Source: Candidatus Enterousia sp. (GTDB taxonomy: Bacteria; Pseudomonadota; Alphaproteobacteria; Rs-D84). From it: a DNA stretch of 54,842 nt. The notes below the pieces were generated by a model. That model was not told the DNA's origin. It did not search any database and worked only from the letters and a program-made list of their open reading frames with translations. The stretch covers positions 1-54,842 of the forward strand of contig JAZRPS010000007.1 of the NCBI GenBank assembly GCA_045649345.1, given 5' to 3'. Position numbers and translations under genes: made by a program. Shown here piece by piece: positions 47,592-54,842 of the stretch (position 1 is the stretch's first letter; the number at the start of each line of letters is the position of its first letter).

Positions 47592-49172
47592 ATGAATATG
47601 TATCAGTTGCTGGAACGTGCCGCACAAACATGGCCGGATAATTTATATCTGGTTCGCGAAAACGTTTCGTACAAAGACTTTATCGGATTGGTCAAGGCGC
47701 GTGCCACATCTTTGCATGCCGCCGGTGTTAAAAAGGGTGATGTTGTTGGTATCTTGTCACACAATATTCCGGAATTTCCAATTACCATGTTTGCAGTATG
47801 GTATTTAGGTGGAACTGTATTGTTGTTGGATACCAATCTGACGCCATTCGAATATGATAACATGACATCAACCACAGATTGTCACATCGTATGTGCAGAA
47901 AAATCATTCTTTTACAAAACCAGCAAATTTAAATTCTATGACATTACCAAGAAAGATGGCAAGGCTGACCCAGAATTATTGCCCGCACCAACAGAATCGT
48001 TGGATGTTGCAACAATGTCATTTACATCTGGTTCAACCGGTACGCCAAAGGTTGTGCCTTTAACGCACTTTAACTTGGTTGAATGTGCGAATTCACTGGA
48101 AGATATGGCAGAATGGATTCATCCTGGTGATTTCTTGTACGGTTTCTTGCCAATGTATCACGTATTTGGTTTTGCTGTCGAAATTTTGGCGACACTGCAT
48201 TACGGTGCCGGTGTTCTGTTGCAACCGACGGTTAATCCAAAAGAAATCATGGCAGACTTCAAGAAATATCGTCCACAAATTATTCCTGCGGTTCCGCGCC
48301 TGTGGGAAGTATTCCGTAATAAAATCATTGATAATGTCAAGTCGCAAAAGAAATGGTGGCTGGTATCATTTATTTTAAAATATGGCAAGACGTTGGAAAA
48401 AATCGGTCTGGGCGCCCTGGTGCGCAAGGTGCAAAAACCAATCTTGGATGTGTTTGGTGGTCGTGCGCGTCTATTGATTGCAGGTGGTGCCGCAACCAAG
48501 CCAGAGGTGGAAACATTCTATGAACGCTTGGGGCTAACATTTATTCAGGGTTATGGTTTGACAGAAACGGTTGGGCCAATCTGTATTTCAAAGCCAACAA
48601 AAAAACGTTTTCCGTTTGCATTTGGTGGTCCAACATCAAACAACGAATGTGAAATTCGTGATAAAAACGAAGATGGCGTTGGTGTCTTGTGGTTGCGTGG
48701 TCACCAGGTGTTCGGTGGTTATTTGAATAATGATGCTGCCAACAGTGAAATCTTTGACGAACGTGGTTTCTTTAATACGGGCGACATGGTTTCGATGGAT
48801 AAAAACGGCGAATTGCATTTCGCAGGCCGCAAAAAACAAGTCATTGTTTTGGACAGTGGTAAAAACGTTTACCCAGATGAACTAGAAGGCTTGTTTATCA
48901 CAATCCCAGGTGTTAAAAATGTCGCTGTGTTTGAGCATCGGGTCAAAGACAAAACTGTCACATACGGTGTGTTCAGCGTTGAACCAACAATGACAATGGA
49001 AAAATTATCTGCGGAAATTGCCGCGGCAAATAAAAAGGTTGCCAGTTATAAATGGGTGACACACTTTGCCATGACAACCGAAGATTTACCATTAACCAGC
49101 ACGCAAAAGGTAAAACACCACGTCGTGCGTCAGAATCTGATTGATGGTAAATATCCAGATAGACACGAATAA
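47592..49172 (+). CDS. AMP-binding long-chain acyl-CoA/acyl-ACP synthetase
   Basis: FTSGSTGTPK, LPMYHVF, VPRLWE, QGYGLTET, FNTGD, GRKK..IVL.SGKNVYP.E, T.KVK. Confidence 0.9.
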   Translation: MNMYQLLERAAQTWPDNLYLVRENVSYKDFIGLVKARATSLHAAGVKKGDVVGILSHNIPEFPITMFAVWYLGGTVLLLDTNLTPFEYDNMTSTTDCHIVCAEKSFFYKTSKFKFYDITKKDGKADPELLPAPTESLDVATMSFTSGSTGTPKVVPLTHFNLVECANSLEDMAEWIHPGDFLYGFLPMYHVFGFAVEILATLHYGAGVLLQPTVNPKEIMADFKKYRPQIIPAVPRLWEVFRNKIIDNVKSQKKWWLVSFILKYGKTLEKIGLGALVRKVQKPILDVFGGRARLLIAGGAATKPEVETFYERLGLTFIQGYGLTETVGPICISKPTKKRFPFAFGGPTSNNECEIRDKNEDGVGVLWLRGHQVFGGYLNNDAANSEIFDERGFFNTGDMVSMDKNGELHFAGRKKQVIVLDSGKNVYPDELEGLFITIPGVKNVAVFEHRVKDKTVTYGVFSVEPTMTMEKLSAEIAAANKKVASYKWVTHFAMTTEDLPLTSTQKVKHHVVRQNLIDGKYPDRHE

Positions 49173-49200
49173 AAAACACCGCCTGTTTGGGCGGTTTTTT
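49170..49200 (+). terminator. Intrinsic terminator
   Basis: accgcc-tgttt-gggcggtttttt. Confidence 0.75.
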
Positions 49201-49256
49201 ATTGCAATTTTTCGTTCTGTCTTGTACCGTAGATTTACAATTACAAGGGGAACATA

Positions 49257-49451
49257 ATGGACGAAAAAAAGCTATCTTTCGAAGACGCGTACAAGCAATT
49301 AATGGAACTGGTAAAAAAAATGGAATCTGGCGAATTGCCACTGGCTGATTCTGTTGCGGCATATGAACAGGGGATTAAATTAAAGGCATACTGTGAACAA
49401 TTGTTAAAAGAAGCCGAATTAAAAATCGAAACGTTAAAAGTTAGCGCATAA
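49257..49451 (+). CDS. xseB: Exodeoxyribonuclease VII small subunit
   Basis: SFEDA...L..LV..MESGELPL..SV..YE.G..L...C...L..AE.KI. Confidence 0.93.
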   Translation: MDEKKLSFEDAYKQLMELVKKMESGELPLADSVAAYEQGIKLKAYCEQLLKEAELKIETLKVSA

Positions 49452-49479
49452 TTTTATCGTATAAAAAAATGGATTTATC

Positions 49480-52005
49480 GTGGCAGACAAAGGCAAATTA
49501 ACCCCGGTAATGCAACAATATGTAGATATGAAGTCTGAAAATCCAGACGCATTGTTGATGTTTCGTTTGGGGGATTTCTATGAATCTTTTTTCGAAGATG
49601 CAAAAATAATTAGTGGTGCGTTGGGTTTGGTTTTAACGGCACGTGGCACCGACGGCAACGGTGATGCAATTCCAATGTGTGGAATACCGTGGCATGCATC
49701 TGATAATTATTTTGGTCGCTTGGTTCGTGCGGGATACAAGGTTGCGTTGGTCGAACAAATGGAAACCCCTGCCCAGGCCAAGGCACGTGGGCATAAGTTT
49801 ATTGAGCGTAAGGTGGTTCGTGTTTTAACACCTGGTACATTAACAGATGAAAATTTATTAACGCCAACGCATTCAAATTTTTTGGTTGCGATTGTCCCTG
49901 TTGGTGGTGGCAATTACGACATCGCCGGTTGTGATATTTCCACAGGTGAATTTTTTGTCGGTCAAACATCGGACGTAATGGACGACCTGGTTCGCATTAA
50001 CCCGGCAGAGGTTATATTCCCATTTTCGCGTGCCGAAGAAAAATCGATTATGCAATTGCGTGGTGCATTTAAATCAACACCTGTATATGAAAAATTATAT
50101 CAGCGCACAGATATTGATATGGTCGTATCACGTGTTTTTGGTGGCGCGGTTGATGCGAACACGGTTGCAAAAAATTCAGACAGTGCGATTTGCTTGCTTG
50201 CCGGTTATTTATTTAACACCCAGCGTGATGCCACGATAACATTTCGTGCGCCATACACATTTAAATCAGGTCATCAGTTATTGATTGATTCTGCCACGTG
50301 GAAAAGCCTGGAAATAGATAATCCAATAAACGATGGCGGCGCATGTTTGATTGATGTCTTGGATAAAACCCAGACATCTGCCGGGGCACGAAAATTGCGT
50401 GCATATTTACGTAATTTGTCCGCCGATATTAACGAGATTGTTTGTCGCCAGCAACACGTGTCGCATTTTGTTTTGAATCCAGATGTGACGGCGTCTGTAT
50501 CAAACGTATTATCGTCTGTGCCAGATGTCGGGCGTTGTCTGTCGCGTCTGTTGGCGGGGCGTGGCACGCCACGTGATTTGCGTCATATATCTGAATTTAT
50601 CAGTATTTTGCCACGCGCCCAGATGTTGGCATCACGTCTGGATGCCGGTTTTGCAGACAGATTTGAAAAAATAAATGTTCATGGTGCGTTTGGTGTGCGC
50701 CTAACGCGCGCCCTGGCAGATGAATTGCCAACGTTCTTTCGTGATGGTGGTGTAATACGTGATGGTTTTGATATCGCGTTGGATAATATGCGTGGGTTAT
50801 CGCACGGTGCGCGTGAAACAATCGCCGCATTGCAATCAGAATATGTCGCGCAAACAGGCATAAATACACTGAAAATAAAATATAACAATATTCTGGGGTA
50901 TTTTATAGAGGTGCCATCCGCCCGTGCCGACGTTTTGATGACACCTGAATCTGGTTTTATCCATCGTCAAACAATGGCTGGCAATATGCGCTTTACAACA
51001 TCGCGTCTAATTGATTTAGACAATGATGTTCGCAGTGCTGCTGATAAAGCATCCGCGATAGAGGCAGAAATTATAGAATCCTTTATCGCCCAAATTCGTG
51101 AAATTTCAGACGATTTATTATCAACGGCGGATTTATTGGCGGATGTTGATGTCTGGATATCTTTGGCGTCTGTTGCAGATACATATTCGTGGGTGCGTCC
51201 AAACATGACCGATGATTGTGCATTTGATGTTGTTGGTGGTCGTCATCCTGTGATTGAATCTGTATTGCGCACCCGTGGCGATAATTTTGTGAAAAATGAT
51301 TGCAATCTGAACGCGCATGCCATTGCATTATTAACGGGACCAAATATGGCGGGTAAATCAACATACCTGCGTCAGAATGCGATAATAGTCGTGTTGGCGC
51401 ATCTTGGTTCTTTTGTTCCGGCACAAAGTGCGACAATTGGCGTTTGTGACCAGTTGTTCAGTCGTGTTGGTGCCTCAGATAACTTGGCGGCAGGTCAGTC
51501 AACCTTTATGGTTGAAATGAGCGAGACTGCCAACATCTTAAACCGTGCGACAAACCGTTCGTTTATAATCTTTGATGAAATTGGGCGTGGCACTGCGACG
51601 TATGACGGCATGGCAATTGCCCAGGCGGTATTGGAATATTTGGATGAATTGCAGCCACGTACATTATTTGCAACCCATTATCATGAATTGACGCGTTTGG
51701 TTTTGTCTGGTAATTTACATCATGTTTCATGTCTGACGATTGATGTTCGCGAACATAATAATGAGATTGTGTTTATGCATAAAATTGTATCTGGCGTTGC
51801 CAATCGTTCGTACGGTATACACGTCGCAAAAATGGCAGGCATGCCATCGTCTGTTATTGCACGTGCAGAATGTGTATTAAGTGCGCTGGAATCGAACGAG
51901 CCTGTGATACCATCGCAAAATTGTGCGCCAAAACCAGCGCCGGTACGCAAAAAGTCATCTGTTTCGGATGTTGTACCCCAATCACAATTGAATTTATTTG
52001 GATAA
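49480..52005 (+). CDS. mutS: DNA mismatch repair protein MutS
   Basis: TPVMQQY, FRLGDFYE.FFEDA, GRHPVIE, TGPNMAGKSTYLRQ, STFMVEM, DEIGRGT, FATHYHEL, SYGIHVA. GTG start. Confidence 0.97.
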   Translation: MADKGKLTPVMQQYVDMKSENPDALLMFRLGDFYESFFEDAKIISGALGLVLTARGTDGNGDAIPMCGIPWHASDNYFGRLVRAGYKVALVEQMETPAQAKARGHKFIERKVVRVLTPGTLTDENLLTPTHSNFLVAIVPVGGGNYDIAGCDISTGEFFVGQTSDVMDDLVRINPAEVIFPFSRAEEKSIMQLRGAFKSTPVYEKLYQRTDIDMVVSRVFGGAVDANTVAKNSDSAICLLAGYLFNTQRDATITFRAPYTFKSGHQLLIDSATWKSLEIDNPINDGGACLIDVLDKTQTSAGARKLRAYLRNLSADINEIVCRQQHVSHFVLNPDVTASVSNVLSSVPDVGRCLSRLLAGRGTPRDLRHISEFISILPRAQMLASRLDAGFADRFEKINVHGAFGVRLTRALADELPTFFRDGGVIRDGFDIALDNMRGLSHGARETIAALQSEYVAQTGINTLKIKYNNILGYFIEVPSARADVLMTPESGFIHRQTMAGNMRFTTSRLIDLDNDVRSAADKASAIEAEIIESFIAQIREISDDLLSTADLLADVDVWISLASVADTYSWVRPNMTDDCAFDVVGGRHPVIESVLRTRGDNFVKNDCNLNAHAIALLTGPNMAGKSTYLRQNAIIVVLAHLGSFVPAQSATIGVCDQLFSRVGASDNLAAGQSTFMVEMSETANILNRATNRSFIIFDEIGRGTATYDGMAIAQAVLEYLDELQPRTLFATHYHELTRLVLSGNLHHVSCLTIDVREHNNEIVFMHKIVSGVANRSYGIHVAKMAGMPSSVIARAECVLSALESNEPVIPSQNCAPKPAPVRKKSSVSDVVPQSQLNLFG

Positions 52006-52020
52006 AAAAGGTAAAAAATA

Positions 52021-52530
52021 ATGATTGTTAAACCGATTTATGTTTTCGAAGCAAATGCATACAATATTGTTCGTCGTGAATTTTCAGACAGCAAGTCTTT
52101 ATATAATTTTATTAAGTCGTTTGATTTTACCAAAATATATGATGAAAATGGCAATGCGATTGATAACAATTATAGTTATGAAATAAAACGTTTTCGTTTG
52201 GGACATCGTTTGTCTTTCGCGATTGATGGGTATAATGTTAAATCTGATATTACATGGGGGCCGGAATTTTATGTTGGACGTTCTGCGTCTGTCTTGCCAC
52301 AGCCTGGCGGTCGTCCGGCGCTGGAAATAGATTCGCCAAAGGCGGTGACGGTTTTTGATAATGACTGCTATCAAAAGCTGTTAAAATATAATTATTCTGC
52401 CCAGGACAAGGTTTTTGACCACACAAAAATGCGTCAGGTTTATCCAAACGTGCGCGGTCGTGAATCTGATTTCGTGCGTTTTATGCGTAATGTTGCAAAG
52501 AAGAAATATAAAATAGAAAAAATAAAATAA
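52021..52530 (+). CDS. Hypothetical protein (orphan)
   Basis: 169-aa ORF with SD aaggt; its stop overlaps the truB start (TAATG). Confidence 0.75.
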   Translation: MIVKPIYVFEANAYNIVRREFSDSKSLYNFIKSFDFTKIYDENGNAIDNNYSYEIKRFRLGHRLSFAIDGYNVKSDITWGPEFYVGRSASVLPQPGGRPALEIDSPKAVTVFDNDCYQKLLKYNYSAQDKVFDHTKMRQVYPNVRGRESDFVRFMRNVAKKKYKIEKIK

Positions 52531-53402
52531 TGACATCGGGTTGGATAATCTTGGACAAAGACAGTGGGCTGTTTTCACGAACTGCCGGTGGACGTATTGC
52601 ACGAATGTTGGGGACAAAAAAGTATGGGCATATTGGCACATTGGACCCTATGGCGACGGGGGTATTGCCGATCGCAATTGGTGATGCCACCAAGATGATA
52701 CCTTTTATCGAAGAACACAATCCATCAATCAAAGAATATTTATTTTCATGTCAATTTGGTTTTGAAACAGACACGCTTGACATCACAGGACGCGAAATTG
52801 CGCGCAATAATGTTATTCCAACACAATCTGATGTTTTGGCAGTGTTGCCAAAGTTTGTTGGAAAGATTATGCAGGTGCCACCACTTTATTCTGCGGTACA
52901 TGTTGGGGGAATGCGTGCATATGATGTTGCGCGTCGGGGCAGGGCGATTGATATTCCGCCACGTCCGGTTGAAATTTATGAACTGGAATTCTTAGGCATA
53001 CGTGAAAAATCCTGGCATTTTCGTATGCGTTGTTCAACCGGCACATACGTGCGCAGTATTGCACGCGATATTGCAAAAGAGTGCGGTGCATTTGCAACCG
53101 TTGACATGATACGTCGGACGCTGGCGAATGGTTTTGACATAAAAAATGCCGTAAAACTTGATTTTTTGGAAAATCTGTTTAATAATAGTGGCGATTTTGG
53201 GGATAACCTAAAACCGATTGATTTTGGGCTGGGGGACATTCCGGTTCTAAATCTTGTCGATAAAGACGCAAATTTCTATCGAAATGGTGGCTTTATCGGG
53301 GTCGATGCAGTTGATGGATTGTATCGCATTTATAACGATGACGTGTTCATTGGCATTGGTGCGGTCTATGATGGTCAATTGCGTCCAAAACGAACAATTT
53401 AA
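52530..53402 (+). CDS. truB: tRNA pseudouridine(55) synthase
   Basis: GW..LDK, K.GH.GTLDP.ATGVL, K.Y, TDTLD..G, Q.PP.YSA, CS.GTYVRS. Confidence 0.95.
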   Translation: MTSGWIILDKDSGLFSRTAGGRIARMLGTKKYGHIGTLDPMATGVLPIAIGDATKMIPFIEEHNPSIKEYLFSCQFGFETDTLDITGREIARNNVIPTQSDVLAVLPKFVGKIMQVPPLYSAVHVGGMRAYDVARRGRAIDIPPRPVEIYELEFLGIREKSWHFRMRCSTGTYVRSIARDIAKECGAFATVDMIRRTLANGFDIKNAVKLDFLENLFNNSGDFGDNLKPIDFGLGDIPVLNLVDKDANFYRNGGFIGVDAVDGLYRIYNDDVFIGIGAVYDGQLRPKRTI

Positions 53403-53420
53403 AAAACAAAGGAAAATGTA

Positions 53421-53693
53421 ATGTCCATTACAAAGGCAAAAAAGTCTGAATTGATTCAGGCATATAAATCATCTGAAAAAGATAATGGTGGTTCTGTTGA
53501 ATCTCAGGTTGCAGTTCTGACAGAACGTATTCGCAACTTAACAGAACATATGAAGGCGAATCACAAAGACAACCATTCAAAACGTGGTTTGTTATTGATG
53601 GTAAACCGTCGTAAAAAATTGTTGGCCTATATCAAGAAACGTAATCCAGAAGATTACGAAGCCTTGATTAAGAAATTAGGTCTGCGTAAATAA
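53421..53693 (+). CDS. rpsO: 30S ribosomal protein S15
   Basis: GS.E.QVA.LT.RI..LTEH...H.KD.HS.RGLL.MV..R.KLL.Y. Confidence 0.97.
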   Translation: MSITKAKKSELIQAYKSSEKDNGGSVESQVAVLTERIRNLTEHMKANHKDNHSKRGLLLMVNRRKKLLAYIKKRNPEDYEALIKKLGLRK

Positions 53694-53694
53694 T

Positions 53695-53721
53695 AAAAAA
53701 TCCCCCGTTTTGGGGGATTTT
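53695..53721. terminator. Bidirectional terminator
   Basis: aaaaaatccccc-gtttt-gggggattttt. Confidence 0.8.
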
Positions 53722-53981
53722 TATATTTTGTTATCAAAATCGTTATAACAATCCATTATTTTGCACAATTCCATAAAGTGATAAATTGGTATTGCAAGTG
53801 TTGCATTTTCATATGCGTCAATAAATTCGGGTGTTGTATTTAATGATTTTGCCAATTCTTCTTGTGAGATATTTTTACTGGTGCGAATTTCACGAATCAT
53901 TTGACCAATTTTTGTATAGAAATCTTGTTCGTCATTGGCAATTATAAATTCGTCTTGTAATTTTGTTTTATCAATTGTCAT
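53721..53981 (-). CDS. XRE-family helix-turn-helix protein
   Basis: IG..IREIR....ISQEELA..L......I..YEN; SD aaagga before MTIDK. Confidence 0.8.
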   Translation of the reverse strand: MTIDKTKLQDEFIIANDEQDFYTKIGQMIREIRTSKNISQEELAKSLNTTPEFIDAYENATLAIPIYHFMELCKIMDCYNDFDNKI

Positions 53982-54098
53982 GTGCCGTCCTTTCATTTCT
54001 TATAAATATGGTTAGATACATAAATGTCTTAGGATTTTAACCATTTGGTCAGGATTATACATACTCATACTTAAATTATGTACAAGATTGTATTCCTA

Positions 54099-54842
54099 TT
54101 ATTTTTTTGCATTATTCAATCGCAATTGACCACACGCGGAACCGATATCCGTACCGCGTTCGCGACGAATGCGTGTATGAATTCCGTTCTTGATTAATGT
54201 GTCTTGAAATCTGTGTACTGCATTCCCAGATGGCGACGCAAAGTCGCGTTCATCAACCGCGTTCCATGGTATCAGGTTTACCATGCAATTTTTACCTTTT
54301 AACAATTCGGACAGTTTATCTGCATATTCTGGTGTCGCGTTATATAAAACAACATCTCCATTTTCGTCGCGTTTGCCCAACAGTATATATTCTATCATCA
54401 ATTGTCTGTTATGATTATCTGTAAAGCGCCACGCCGCATCTAAAACGTCATTTAATTTATATTTGTTATTTATTGGCATGATTTTACTGCGCAACTCATC
54501 CGTTGGTGCGTGCAGTGAAATCGCCAAATTAATTGGTCGTCCCCATTCAATCAGTCTGTCAATCCCAGGGACAATTCCGCATGTTGATACGGTTATCCTG
54601 CGCCACCCAATTCCCATATCAGAATTTGCGCGTTCAATAAAGTTAATAACATTTTCTGTATTTTGCAGTGGTTCGCCCGTACCCATAATCACGATATGTG
54701 ACACATCACCATTGTTTGCGTCACCATTTGGACGAATTGGTTTGTCTGCAAATTTATCACCACGCAGTTCCCATTGCGCCACCAGTATTTGCGCAAATAT
54801 TTCATTTGCAGTCAGGTTTCTTTTTAAACCCAACAGTGTGCT
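54099..54842 (-). CDS. rlmN: Dual-specificity RNA methyltransferase RlmN, C-terminal part (5' end outside window)
   Basis: RNL...EI..Q, MG.GEP..N, TVST.G, LAISLHAP, EY.LL, VNLIP.N, R..RG.DI..ACGQL. Confidence 0.93.
   Translation of the reverse strand, partial: STLLGLKRNLTANEIFAQILVAQWELRGDKFADKPIRPNGDANNGDVSHIVIMGTGEPLQNTENVINFIERANSDMGIGWRRITVSTCGIVPGIDRLIEWGRPINLAISLHAPTDELRSKIMPINNKYKLNDVLDAAWRFTDNHNRQLMIEYILLGKRDENGDVVLYNATPEYADKLSELLKGKNCMVNLIPWNAVDERDFASPSGNAVHRFQDTLIKNGIHTRIRRERGTDIGSACGQLRLNNAKK

Overview
A gene-dense, AT-rich housekeeping region of a streamlined Gram-negative bacterium. The alpha-type SspB adaptor, MreB, NusA and LpxD point to Alphaproteobacteria; any finer lineage assignment would be inference. 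It holds about 50 CDSs: der (partial), ileS, nth, tolC/macA-like pair, ybaB, pnp, rluB, rsmE, a solitary virD4-like coupling protein, metG, queH, fabD/fabG/fabZ, mnmG, lpxD, nusA-infB, accBC, yidD, rnpA, mreB, sspB, recF, gpsA, rsmG, parAB, pal, udg, infC, typA, serS, trxB, xth, an acyl-CoA ligase, xseB, mutS, truB, rpsO and rlmN (partial), with several orphan genes interspersed. No prophage, IS element or CRISPR array is evident. The most interesting signals are not in the ORF track. (1) Two aminoacyl-tRNA synthetase genes are preceded by short leader peptides rich in their cognate amino acid: MKQATIIIIK before ileS, with terminator/antiterminator hairpins, and MKVNFTFFSRSSSPLGE before serS. 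(2) A 74-nt tRNA has a tRNA-Cys scaffold (U73, 3-bp D stem, 4-nt variable loop) but a Phe anticodon (GAA). (3) MetRS carries a PheT-B2-type C-terminal domain. (4) Two parS-like direct repeats flank an inserted HExxH protein gene and an internally deleted paralog. (5) A dispersed palindromic repeat family occurs in terminators and inside CDSs. (6) Many genes look leaderless. (7) Orphan proteins with basic C-termini occur in the same window as the lone VirD4.
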